Source: Ascoidea asiatica JCM 7603
Lineage: Eukaryota; Fungi; Ascomycota
NCBI GenBank assembly: GCA_001600695.1
Contig: BCKQ01000001.1
Coordinates: forward strand, 590,717 to 654,716
DNA length: 64,000 nt
Direction: 5' to 3'
The notes beneath the pieces are model-generated. The model was not told the origin of the DNA and searched no databases. It saw only the letters and a program-made list of their open reading frames with translations. The position numbers and the translations under genes were made by a program. Below are positions 1 to 11,103 of this stretch, piece after piece. How positions within the stretch are numbered: the first letter of the stretch is position 1; every line of letters begins with the position of its first letter.

Positions 1-95
1 AAGTAGATGAAGTAGATGAAGTAGATGAAGTAGATGAAGTAGATGAAGTAGATGAAGTAGATGAAGTAGATGAAGTAGATGAAGTAGATGAAGTA
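1..95. repeat. 9-bp tandem repeat (AAGTAGATG)x~10, encoding (Thr-Ser-Ser)n on the minus strand
   Basis: Directly visible perfect repeat at the window start. Confidence 0.95.
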
Positions 96-649
96 TATGT
101 AGAAGAGGTAGAAGAGGTAGACACGGATAAAGTGGAGGTGGATGAAGTAGATGAAGAAGTAGTTGATGGATTAGTAGTAGTACTTGTAGAAGAAGTAATG
201 GAGGAACTAATAGAATCAATAATTGGAGAATTAGTAGAAGACTCACTAATACCAGTAGATGAAGTAAACGTTATAGATGAGACTAAAGGAAAAGTGGAAG
301 AAACAGAAGAGACTGAATAAATAAAGGATTCATAAACAGAACTTGAGCTTTTAGGAGATAAAGTGAGAGTTGTTCTAGTTGAATCTGAAGTAGATTCCAA
401 AGTAGATTCCAAAGAAAACTTTAAAGAAGATTCTAACGAAGATTCAGTTGAAGATTCAGTTGAAGATTCAGTTGAAGATTCTATTGAAGTTAAAGTCTCT
501 ATTGAAGAGGTAGTTTGTTCTACACCAGCAGTATAAGTTATAGTTTTAATAAGTTCAACAGTTCTGGTTATTTTTATAGTTGCTCCATAAGTTAAAGAAA
601 AGAGAACAGTTTGTAATACAATTGGATAAATCAGAGCAAAAAACTTCAT
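1..649 (-). CDS. Secreted Ser/Thr-rich protein, paralog of the PRY/CAP gene at 5815 (5' part only; runs off the window)
   Basis: Manual translation from ATG at 649: MKFFALIYPIVLQTVLFSLTYGATIKITRTVELIKTITYTAGVEQTTSSIETLTS...TTLTLSPKSSSS aligns to MKLFVPIYAVILQSILLSSAYAATIKVTKTVHIVTT...EQTTSSIEIST...TTITLSPKISSS. Frame is open to base 1; any CAP domain would lie outside the window. Confidence 0.88.
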   Translation of the reverse strand, partial: MKFFALIYPIVLQTVLFSLTYGATIKITRTVELIKTITYTAGVEQTTSSIETLTSIESSTESSTESSTESSLESSLKFSLESTLESTSDSTRTTLTLSPKSSSSVYESFIYSVSSVSSTFPLVSSITFTSSTGISESSTNSPIIDSISSSITSSTSTTTNPSTTSSSTSSTSTLSVSTSSTSSTYTSSTSSTSSTSSTSSTSSTSSTSSTSSTSST

Positions 650-1390
650 TTTATAAATTGGGTAATAGAAGTAATAGAAGTAATGAAAAGTTAAGAGATT
701 AAAAAAAAATTTATTATATTTAATTGTTTCACATTATTATAATTCAAAAAACTGAGAAAAAAGTATCTTTAAATACAATTAAATTTTCAAATTGGTTGAA
801 TATATTATAGAATAGCAGAAAATATGATAAATCATTCTAGAAATATCATAAATCATATTTCTTAACTATTATTTCCATTACAATATATGTCAGAATATCA
901 TACTAATTCTTGAATCTCTTTGTTTAAAAATTTGGAATGCAGCTTGTTTGTTAAACCAGAAATATATTAAAAAAATTTCAAATAAACATTTATACCAGTT
1001 AGTAGTTAAAATTAATTCATTTACATTTATTATATTACTGAATCAGTTACCATTTTTGTATTGAGAGTTAAATTACGTAATTGGAAGTGTTAGAGTCCAG
1101 CAAAAATATTTAAATAATAAATAAATAAAACAGTAATAATTTTAGAAGACCAAAGATACATAATTGAGGAAATTGAAGATCTCTTACACAATTTTGGTAA
1201 GATCTATAGGCTTATTTACGAATACTTTCAAAAATTCAAATCGATTCAATTCTTTTTCAAATAAAATTGGATATAATAATTTTTTCCCAATTTTTGATAG
1301 ATCATATATTGTGATTTAAAAACCTCGATTTGGAAAAATTGAAGAAAAAAATGTCGAAAGCTGTGGATTATTACAGTATTTCACCAGCAT
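650..1390 (-). repeat. Left arm of inverted duplication (upstream region of PRY paralog)
   Basis: Reverse complement gives collinear matches to 4920-5814: ttaccaaaattgtgtaagagatcttcaatttcctcaatt vs ttgctaaaattctgtaagggatcttcgctttccttaatt; agctgcattccaaatttttaaacaaagag vs agctgcatttccaaaatattgaacaaaggg; gtgaaatactgtaataatccacagctttcgacat vs gtgaaactactttaacaaccatttttcgacat. Confidence 0.8.
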
Positions 1391-1680
1391 CTTAGTCATG
1401 CCAGCACCAGCAGAACAATATTTGTTTGCAACTTTAAATCATTTTACTTCCAGCATTCAGTAAACCTGTGGCAGGTTGAGCAATCTCGATTACCAAACGT
1501 AAGTTTCCAAGCTCGTTTACGAACCTAAAGGACTCTTTGCAAGCAAATAAATAAATAGATAAATAAATTGGGGAGCTGTAACAAAAGTAATAGCAAAATT
1601 ATATTTCAGTTTGAATTACTCGAATTTAGCACAGCACAGTCGACAACAACAACAGCAGCACCGACCGTCTAGTTTAGCCG

Positions 1681-1728
1681 GTTTTGTGGTTTTGTGGTTT
1701 TGCGGTTTTGCGGTTTTGCGGTTTTGCG
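1681..1728. repeat. 8-bp tandem repeat GTTTTGYG x6 (reverse complement CRCAAAAC, matching the Ndt80/MSE core CRCAAAW)
   Basis: gttttgtg x2 followed by gttttgcg x4. Confidence 0.85.
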
Positions 1729-2623
1729 GTTTTTGTTGTTTTTGTATTGGTTTTGCGTCTCCTGCATCAGGGATGGCTGGATACGGTGATATTTGTCCAA
1801 TTGGTGCTTCGGACACGTGACTTGTTTTATTTTAATAATTGTTGGCAGTGGATGAATGAGGAAATAATTCTGAAAGAAGAAGAATCAGTTTTTGATTGAA
1901 TTTATTTTAATGGTTACATATTAAATCAACAGGAGGTAATATCGGGCCAGCAAGAGCTAATTGGATATTGAAAGAGAAAAATAGAGTATAGAGTATGCTT
2001 ATCTTGAGTTTTATAGTATAGAAAGGAGAATTTATATATTCTATTGATATCTTCTTATCAGTTTAAGGGATTAGGTATTTAAAGCAGGAGCTGAGTTTGG
2101 TTAATATTGATAGGTTTAAACCCCTTTCAGATCTTGAAAATCTCGTTGAAGAGATGAGCTCCTGAAAGAGATTAATAGTAATAATTTATACTGTTATCGT
2201 TATGGAGAGTAAATATTGCACATTGTTGAAATTTATTGAATAGCATAGTTTTTCAATCTTCCAATACAGTAGATTACTAATATTTCAGGTGAAATTTTTA
2301 GTTCCGATTTATATTATTATGGTTCTTTGTTCTCCTTTAAGGTCTTATAAAAGTAAAAAGGAGATTTTTTTCCACGAGAAACACTAAAAGTAGCAATAAG
2401 AGTTGTTATTGAATGAACTTGTAAATATGTATGACGTTAAATTAGTTCAATCTGCTGGTAATAGTTTCATTATTTTAGCTAATTATTTCATGCATTTTGT
2501 TTTTTCAAAAAAATCTTTTAGGTTCTTTTTTTATTTGAAAAGCTACGTTCATTGAAATAAAATCATGTTAAAAACGGGTTATAATTTTTAATTTATTCAA
2601 TGTTTTTTTGCATTTAAAAAGGT

Positions 2624-2750
2624 CTAAGCGAATAAAAATATTAATCCGATATAAATGTTTATCCGATAAAAATGTTAATCCGATTAAATATAAAAAAATC
2701 GGGGTTGGATATCCAACGGAAAAACTTTTAATAAAAATGTTATCTGAAAA
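2624..2750. repeat. 17-bp tandem array (TTAATCCGATAWAAATG-like, 3-4 copies) followed by 14-bp palindrome GTTGGATATCCAAC
   Basis: Units start at 2641, 2658 and 2675, with a degenerate copy at 2624; perfect palindrome at 2704-2717. Confidence 0.75.
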
Positions 2751-3454
2751 ATATCATCAAATTATCTCAAAGTCTTTGACTGATGCTATATATTCGATAA
2801 ATTGATTAATGTACTTGCGGTATAAATTCATTATTATAATTATAGGCGTAAATGAAATAAATTACTGAAATGGATCTAAAATAATGATTGGCGATAATAA
2901 AAGCATTAATGTTGGTTGCTAATAAACTATAAGGATTCCGGCTAAAAGAACTGATATTTATTATTATTATAAACTATTCTCAAAACTTATAACTAATCTT
3001 AAGTGATTGAAAATACATAAGCTTTGTTTCATAGAAAACAATATTATTTGATTTTAAAAAAAAATTAATATAATATTTTAGATTTTTATAATTAAAAATG
3101 AAAAAATTTTAGCCTATTGCAAATGTAGATTAATGTTTGTTTTTTGCATAATAAAATTCATATTTTGTAAACATAACAAATATTGGAAAATTTTTTGAAA
3201 AAACATTTTGTGAAACAGTAAAAAGTGCAAATAAATAAACCTTCTTATAAATATATATCAAACAGTTACGTTTTTTCTGCGTAAATCGACTTGCGAGATA
3301 CCCTATTCCATTATAAACTTATAAGTTTTATGATGATGGTTGTATTTAGGTTTAAAGTTGCACTACTAAAAACTTACAAATGTAACCTTAAACTTTGTTT
3401 TGAAGACTTTGCTTTTTTTGCTAATTATGTTAAGATATTAGGCTTTAAGGGGCA

Positions 3455-3682
3455 TGTCACTCATTCTGTCACACAATGTATGACATTACCCTCTTAGAGC
3501 GCCACATCTTATTCGTCATTTCACCAAGGTTGAGTCGTAAACTCTCCCTTGATTCTTGATATATAAATACACGAAAATACCTTTCTTTTCTCTTCCTCGA
3601 GGAAAAGAGATCAAGGACTTCTTTGATCTGAGCTTATAAATTGGCCTTAAAACTTAATTCGCATTGGTCGAAAAATGCAACA
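3455..3682. mobile_element. Possible degenerate solo LTR
   Basis: GC-richer ~230-bp island starting TGTCAC and ending GCAACA, with internal TATATAAATA and a pyrimidine tract; no matching target-site duplication found. Confidence 0.3.
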
Positions 3683-4647
3683 TATACGGTAGTCTAGGTT
3701 ACCTTCAAATTGCTACAATAAAATCTAGACCATTTCAAAATGCGATATAATCTTTTAGAAAAAAACCATTTGAAAAAATATGAATGCAGTCTACTTGGCA
3801 CACAAGTATATTCTTTTGGATATAATAATATTCTATAGTTACTTTATTTCAGGATTAAATTTTTTAAAATTTCTATATAAGTATTTTCATTTTAATAATA
3901 AGTAAGATTTTTGAAAATAGTTTATAGTCGAAATTAAAATTCACAAAAACTAAATTTTCAATTAAATTTTCCAATATTTTTTTTTTTAGTTTTTTAATAA
4001 ATTCTTTCAATCACCGGCTAATATTACTAGGAAAAATACTAATATTAAATTATCCAATTTTTATAATTAAGGCGACACCTTTTTAATTCTCTTTTTTGAA
4101 TAACTTTACCGATGGTATATTGGTATCGGAATATACTAAAAACGAATATTAGCTCAAAATTTTTAATTATCTTTAGCGAATAAAAAGCTATAATTTTAAG
4201 TAAGGTGATATCTTATATATTACCTCGAGGTTGCTTTATTGTTTTTTTTCAAATTATTATTCACTTAAGAATCCAACAAAAATAGGTTCAAAAGTCTTGG
4301 AAATTACCAAAATCGAATAAAAATTCTTCAAAATTTTAAATACGTAAATGAACTAGCTTATTATTTTATTCTACGACTGCAGAAGTATATTTAAAAGAAA
4401 TAATTGAAAAAACAACCAAAAAATCATAATTTTTTTAGCTTGATTAACTTAACCTTTTAAGAGACTATATTGTTTTATTCAACTTTTTTCTAAACGTTTT
4501 ATGGACTATTGTTGTTATTTCATTTAGTTCAATTTTGAATAAGAACTAACAATAAGTTTGTTACAAGATTTACAACGCAAATGTTTTCTTCTTTTTAATT
4601 CTAAGATATCTTTTCAACTACTATTTATCATTCTGAATTCACGAGCT

Positions 4648-4889
4648 TGTCGAACCGAGGGAATCCCAGCTCCCACCAAGACCTTCACAGCACATTCAAT
4701 GACTTTAATAAAAATCCAGCTCCGATTTCGCTTGGGTGGAGTTGTCTGTGATGTTACTCATGGAGTTATTGGCAACATTATTTGTGCCAGAGTAACGTTG
4801 CAGTAACGTTATAAGAAAATAAAGGAAATAAAATGTCTGCCTTGATGTTTTTTGTATTGAACTTTTGAAAGTCTTTGTTCTGATCGACA
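4648..4889. mobile_element. Possible solo LTR or short TIR-bounded element
   Basis: 242-bp GC-richer island bounded by TGTCGA...TCGACA inverted termini (7/8 match) with AATAAA near the right end; flanks gagct/ctcga are not a TSD. Confidence 0.4.
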
Positions 4890-4919
4890 CTCGATACTCC
4901 ATAATTTCGAGATTCAGTA

Positions 4920-5814
4920 AAATGAAATCAGTGAAACTACTTTAACAACCATTTTTCGACATACAATTTATATGCCTATATTTGTATAAGCATTTTGAAA
5001 AATGGAATTTCGATTTAAGATTTTGCAAACGCCAAAAAAAAATGTTCTTCTGCTTTTTTTAGCATGGAGCGTGCTTTTTTGAAGCTTTCATGTGCAGCAT
5101 GAAACTTTTGTTTTTTAACCTAAAAACTGTAGATTTCAAGTGTGGTGGCTCAATTTAGAAAAAAAAAATACATAATCAAGCACAAAAAAATACATAATCA
5201 AGCACCCTTAATTGTTTAATCCTTTTATAAATCCAATTTCGTCTTGAAGTATCCAAAATTTTGCTAAAATTCTGTAAGGGATCTTCGCTTTCCTTAATTC
5301 AGTGATGTATGTCATCAAAGGTAATTGCTGTATTTGGTGTCAAATTACCTTTACTGGAGCTTTTTACTCCAAGTTAAGTTACTTTATATCTCAACTATGG
5401 AATCCAATTCACCAATATGAAATACAAACGAATTATATTCGTTAATAGGTATTAATCATTATTTTAAATATTCTTTTCTATTATCAAATTAGCTGCATTT
5501 CCAAAATATTGAACAAAGGGTACTAAAAATTAGTATCATATTTTGATATAATGGTTGTACTAATTTCATTATAATTTATGGGGACTTCTAAGTGATTAAT
5601 CATATTTTCTCATATTCTTTATTTTTCAACCAACTTTGTTTTTAAATTATATTTAAAGGTGCTTCTTTCCCTCTTTTTATAAGTCAAATAATTAATAAAA
5701 TCTATAAAATAATAAAATAATACATCTCAGTCTATTTTAATTATTCATATCTTATAATCTTAAAAATATCCATACTTTATCAAACTGTTATTATTTTATT
5801 ACTCGATCTACAAA
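4920..5814 (+). repeat. Right arm of inverted duplication (upstream region of PRY gene)
   Basis: Collinear similarity to the reverse complement of 650-1390; also contains a 22-bp tandem duplication (aaaaaaatacataatcaagcac) near 5162-5205. Confidence 0.8.
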
Positions 5815-6519
5815 ATGAAATTATTTGTTCCAATCTATGCAGTTATTTTGCAAAGTATTCTTCTTTCTTCAGCTTATGCTGCTACAATAAAAGTAACTAA
5901 AACCGTTCATATTGTCACAACTATTATTAATCCTACTAATACAGAACAGACTACATCTTCAATAGAAATTTCAACTTCATCAGAATCTTCAATTAAAACA
6001 ACTATTACTTTATCTCCAAAAATTTCAAGTTCAAGTTCAAGTTCTTCATCTATTTCTTCTACTATTTCTACTTCTACATCTTCAACTACACTTTCTACTT
6101 TCCAACAAGATATTCTTGATGAAACTAATACCAAAAGAGCTTTACATAGTGCAGATGCATTAGTTTGGAATGATGAACTTGCTACATATGCTCAATCTTA
6201 TGCTGATGCTTTCACTTGTCCAAGTGATGGAACTATAGCTCATTCTGATGGTGATTATGGTGAAAATTTAGCTTTAGGATATCCTACTGGACCTGAAGCT
6301 GTTGATGCATGGTATGATGAAGCTAGTGATTATGATTTTAATAATCCTGGATTTTCTGAAACAACTGGTCATTTTACTCAACTCGTATGGAAAGCAACTT
6401 CTGAATTAGGATGCGGTTATAAAGTATGTGATAATATTTGGGGAACTTATATTGTCTGTGAATATAATTCACCAGGAAATGTTGCTGGAGGTTATGTTGA
6501 TAATGTTAGCAGCTCCTAA
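5815..6519 (+). CDS. PRY1: Secreted CAP/SCP (PR-1-like) sterol-binding protein, Pry1/Pry2 family
   Basis: Signal peptide, S/T-rich linker, CAP motifs YGENLA, AWYDE, GHFTQLVWK, LGCG and IVCEY..PGN. Confidence 0.93.
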   Translation: MKLFVPIYAVILQSILLSSAYAATIKVTKTVHIVTTIINPTNTEQTTSSIEISTSSESSIKTTITLSPKISSSSSSSSSISSTISTSTSSTTLSTFQQDILDETNTKRALHSADALVWNDELATYAQSYADAFTCPSDGTIAHSDGDYGENLALGYPTGPEAVDAWYDEASDYDFNNPGFSETTGHFTQLVWKATSELGCGYKVCDNIWGTYIVCEYNSPGNVAGGYVDNVSSS

Positions 6520-7491
6520 TCTCTGACTTAAAAAAAAATTTAATTTCAATTCTTATTTCAATTCCAATTTCTATTCAATTTTTTTTCAAACTGATACATC
6601 TTTTTTTCTGAAAAAAGCTTTCAATTCTGCAACTTATTTTTGTTTCAAGTTTTTTTTTTTTAACTTTTATTTTATTATTTATTTTATGGTCTAAATTTAT
6701 GTTCTCTATAAATAGTTATTTTGGGTTTATTCTTTTTTTTTTTAACTTTATATGATGTTTTCTTTGGCTGTTTATTTTAAATCTTTATACCTTTTTATTT
6801 TATATAAAATTCAATGAATACAAAAATATTATTACAATAATAAAGACACTGTAGTAAATATTCTGATTGATCAAATAACTTCATTTAATTATCTATCATT
6901 TATTGAAAGGTGTTAGTTTTTTACATTTTCTAGTTGACGCCGAATCTACGGGTCACCTATTAATAAATCTTACTGGTTGAAGTTCAAAAGAAAACAAAAA
7001 ATGCAGAAATTTCACACTCTGAATGAATGAATTGCAAATAAATCCAATCAACAAGATATACTATCTTCTAATAGAAAAAAAATCTACCTAGATTATTTGA
7101 TAATATATTATATTATAATAAGTTACACATTATTAACCTTATTATTATATTCTATATTCTACCACATAAAATATATTGATACATTGCCAGCTTTAATAAG
7201 AAGTATAACACCCAGCATTCACTGGTTTTACTCTTTTTCTTGAGACCCGCAATAGTGGTTCAATACAGTAGGTGCTTTGTCTGGCGGTTGCCTTCCTGAG
7301 ATTAACTATGGTGAGAAAATGAAGGTAGCGAGCGAGCGTTAAGAATATAATTCATCCAGTTATTGTAGATTAGAGGTTGAAGAATATTTCTAAAGTAAGA
7401 AGGATATAGATTGAATAGTTCAATAGAAGAAGTAGAAGAAGTTAGTAATAACAATAATAATAATAATACAAATAATAATTTAATATTCACA

Positions 7492-8253
7492 ATGTCTCAA
7501 GATCCAAGTTCAATTAATGGTATGTTTTTTTATCAATTGTATTTTCTCATTAAAAGTTAAAAATTGGCATATATATATTTAAATTGCCACTAAAGGTTAA
7601 TAATGATTAATAATGATTAATAACTAACAATTAAAAATTTTTGATTAATAAAAATAGGTGGTTCAGCAGTAGCAATGGTTGGTAAAGACTGTATAGCAAT
7701 AGCAGCAGATTTACGTCTTGGTAATCAATCATTAGGAGTTTCAAATAATTTTGAAAAAATATTTCATTATGGACCAAATGTATTTTTAGGTTTAACAGGT
7801 TTAGGATCAGATCTAATTACATTAAATGAAGTTTTTAGATATAAAACCAATTTATATAAAATGAAAGAAGAAAGATCAATTGAACCTGAAGTTTTTGCAA
7901 ATTTAGTTTCTTCAACATTATATGAAAAAAGATTTGGACCATATTTTGTAAGTCCAATTGTTGTTGGATTGAATTCAAAAACTAATAAACCATTTATTTG
8001 TGGATTTGATTTAATTGGATGTATTGATTTTTGTAAAGATTTTGCAGTTTCTGGTACTGCAACTGATCAATTATATGGTATGTGTGAAAGTTTATATGAA
8101 CCAAATTTAGAACCAGAAGATTTATTTGAAACTATTTCTCAAGCTTTATTAAATGCTAATGATAGAGATTGTTTAAGTGGTTGGGGTGGAGTTGTTTATA
8201 TTATAACAAAAGATAAAATTGTGAAAAGACTATTGAAAACTCGTCAAGATTAA
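7492..8253 (+). CDS. PUP3: 20S proteasome beta-3 subunit; join(7492..7519,7658..8253)
   Basis: Spliced N-terminus MSQDPSSINGGSAVAMVGKDCIAIAADLRLG; intron 7520-7657 GTATGT...AACTAAC...TAG restores frame; C-terminus LKTRQD. Confidence 0.97.
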
Positions 8254-8400
8254 ATTAAGTATTTTTTATTTATTATTTTACAAAGATATCTATATAAATA
8301 TAATTGAAATAGAATTAATATAAAATATTTATTTCCTTATTAATTATTTAATTATTTAATTATTTACATGATTTATATATAACATTATTTCATAACTTTT

Positions 8401-8841
8401 TTATGAATGATTAGTAGCATTATTTTGTATTTGTTCTTGTTGTTGTTGTTGTTGTTTTAATTTTAATTGAATCAATTTCTTAAGTCTTTCATCTTTACCA
8501 TATTCTTCTTCTCTCATTTCTTTCCATTGAGAATTGATTTTTTCTTTTTTTAAACGTTTCTGCCTTAAATTTTCAACACTTTTATCAATTCTAACACTAT
8601 GTAAACATTTAGATAAAGCATCTTTTGGTTCATTACATAAACCTAACATTTTTTGAAGATATTCCGATTTATGACATTCATTTAATGCTTTTATATAAGC
8701 AGCACAAGCTATAATTATTAAAATTATTATAAAAATTATAAGTTAGTAACAATAATGATTATCATTTTTAGTCTGAATAATCCTCAGTAGATTTCTTTTA
8801 AACTTACGCTCGAATCTTTGATCTTCCAACAATGGATGCAT
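8401..8841 (-). CDS. CMC2: Twin CX9C cytochrome c oxidase assembly factor; exons 8808..8841 and 8401..8708
   Basis: Spliced protein MHPLLEDQRFEPCAAYIKALNECHKSEYLQKMLGLCNEPKDALSKCL; intron 8709-8807 GTAAGT...TACTAAC...TAG. Confidence 0.95.
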
Positions 8842-9045
8842 TTTTGTATTATTTTATATATATGTGTTTTGAAGATTAATTTTGATTATTTTAAGTAAAT
8901 AATTTATGAAAAGCTCTAGAAATTTAAATCAGTAAAGTAATAAATTAGTTTCATCCTCTGTTTTCAAATCCCATGAAATCACCTTCTTTTTCTCTAAGTA
9001 TGTTAAGATGGCTATTTAATTAGCTTCGGCGTTTAAATCTCCTCT

Positions 9046-9146
9046 GCTGACTAAGAAAATAAGCTATTCTGACTAATCTTGATCATACTTTGAGACCGTA
9101 TTTAAGGAACTACTGCTGACTCAGCATGGCACCAGGCTGACTAAGC
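9046..9146. promoter_or_regulatory. Cluster of four AP-1/Yap-type sites in the CMC2-BIM1 divergent promoter
   Basis: GCTGACTAA 9046, TGACTAA 9070, pseudo-palindromic TGCTGACTCAGCA 9114-9126, GCTGACTAAGC 9136. Confidence 0.6.
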
Positions 9147-9752
9147 TCGAGTTTTTTTGGTGTGTGTTTACGTTTTGAGTTTCAGTGTTTGTTTCTGTTT
9201 TTACTCTGAATCTAAGATTTCACCTCAATTAAAGGGAATTCTCATAATTCTTCACATTGCTCTGAAACTTGCACCAGTTTTATTCCTTTTAATTCTAAAT
9301 CAAAATCAAAATCATTTCATTTTGAATTTGAACTCGAATTGGATTTCATCACTCCTAAAGAATTAAATCTCCTCTGCTTTGATTAGTACTGTATTATAAT
9401 CATTTCACCTACAGTTTATAATATTCAACAATAATCAGTTCATAATACCCCTTCGCTTTTCTTAATTATATCTCTGGAATTAAGTACTATATTTATTTTA
9501 TAACCTTATCCTTTCGTTATCCTTTCTTTGGTAATTGATAAAAGTTTTGATCTGTCACTTTATTATCTTTTCTTTTCTTTTCTTTTTTCCTTTTTTCTAT
9601 TAAGTGAGCCTCTTTAAGGATATACAAGAAACACTTAAAGAACATTTAAAGAACATTATTTATTGATATTCAAAAAATAAAGAAAATACTTTAGTTTTTT
9701 TTCTTAGTTTTTTCTATTTTTGCACTCAATACTTTTTCACATTTTCATCAAA

Positions 9753-10919
9753 ATGGCAGCAAATTTAGGTGAATCTCGTTCAGATCTATTAAATTGGTTA
9801 AATTCAACATTAAACTTAAATTATACAAAAGTTGAACAATGTGGTACAGGTGCAGCTTTTTGTCAAATTATGGATTCAATTTTTGAAGATATACCAATGT
9901 CAAAAGTTAAATTTGAAACAAAAGCAAATTATGAATATATGAATAATTTCAAAATCTTACAACAATCTTTTACAAAACATAAAATTTCAAAACCTATTAA
10001 TGTTGAAAAATTAGTTAAATGTAAATTTCAAGATAATTTAGAATTTTTACAATGGATTAAAAAATTTTGGATGGATAATAAATATGATTCAAATAATTAT
10101 AATCCAAATTCAAGAAGAAATTTAAATTCAAGTAATAATATATCGTCTAATAATAATAATAGTAATAGTAATAATAATAGTATAGGAAATTCAAGAAATT
10201 CAAGATTTAATAATTCTTCAACTTCTTCTTTATCAAATAGACCTTCAAGTTCTACAACTCGTCGTCCTATAAGTGCTTCTGCTAGAAAACCAATATCTTC
10301 TTCAATAAATACTAATAATACAACTCCAAATGGTATAAATTCTCGTCAGACAATGTCTAGGCGACCTACAAGTACTACAAAAAGTAGATTTGGTGGTTCA
10401 ATACCAAATAATAATAATGGTGCTTCAAACGGTACTAATATTTTAAATAATAGTAGTAATAATAACAGTAATAATTCATCATCTTCATCTATAATAGCTT
10501 TAAATAATGAAATAGCACAATTAAAACAAGAAAATTCCAAATTAGTAGTTGATTTAAATGAATCAAATGAAGAAATAAAATCATATTCTTTAGAATTAAA
10601 TAGATTTAAAGATGCTGCAAATGGATTGGAAAAAGAAAGAGATTTTTATTTTGAAAAATTAAGAGATATTGAAGTTTTAGCACAAGAATATGTTGATATT
10701 TTATCTGAAAAAGTACAACAGTTAGATTTACAACAACAACAAAATTCTTCTGTACCAATTAATAATAATGAAATTTTAAGTGATGTTAAAATTGAAGATT
10801 TATTAGAAAAAATTCAAGAAATTTTATATTCAACTACAGAAGGTTTTTCATCTCCCGCTGATGAACCACCAATGGATGATTCAATTGATAATCAAATACT
10901 GATTGGTGAAACTTTTTAA
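9753..10919 (+). CDS. BIM1: EB1-family microtubule plus-end binding protein
   Basis: CH domain (GESRSDLLNWLN, VEQCGTGAAFCQIMDSIF, KFQDNLEFLQW), EBH motif LEKERDFYFEKLRDIE, C-terminal ETF; first ATG at 9753. Confidence 0.97.
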   Translation: MAANLGESRSDLLNWLNSTLNLNYTKVEQCGTGAAFCQIMDSIFEDIPMSKVKFETKANYEYMNNFKILQQSFTKHKISKPINVEKLVKCKFQDNLEFLQWIKKFWMDNKYDSNNYNPNSRRNLNSSNNISSNNNNSNSNNNSIGNSRNSRFNNSSTSSLSNRPSSSTTRRPISASARKPISSSINTNNTTPNGINSRQTMSRRPTSTTKSRFGGSIPNNNNGASNGTNILNNSSNNNSNNSSSSSIIALNNEIAQLKQENSKLVVDLNESNEEIKSYSLELNRFKDAANGLEKERDFYFEKLRDIEVLAQEYVDILSEKVQQLDLQQQQNSSVPINNNEILSDVKIEDLLEKIQEILYSTTEGFSSPADEPPMDDSIDNQILIGETF

Positions 10920-11103
10920 TTTAATAAAAATATGCATACATTTATATATAATATTTAGTATCTATAATATTACACATGTATATGTATTTATTTACAAGTT
11001 ATACAGTATATAATTTTTTATAATTTTCCACTATTAATATTTAACCTTTGATATTTCATTATTTTTTGACAAAAATCAAATCAAAAAAAAAAACTTTAAT
11101 AAA

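Noticed and set aside
132-320. Plus-strand acidic ORF (VDE repeats)
   Set aside because: Antisense shadow of the S/T-rich minus-strand gene
1681-1728. Interstitial telomeric repeat interpretation of GGTTTTGY
   Set aside because: Species telomere unit unknown and only six copies; cannot be supported
1806-1821. GTCACGTG next to TCCGAA (minus strand) resembling point-centromere CDEI/CDEIII
   Set aside because: No intervening AT-rich CDEII; CACGTG boxes recur at many promoters here and look like ordinary Cbf1-type sites
1611-1899. Three overlapping short ORFs
   Set aside because: Generated by the octamer and CAA repeats; non-ATG starts, no recognisable homology
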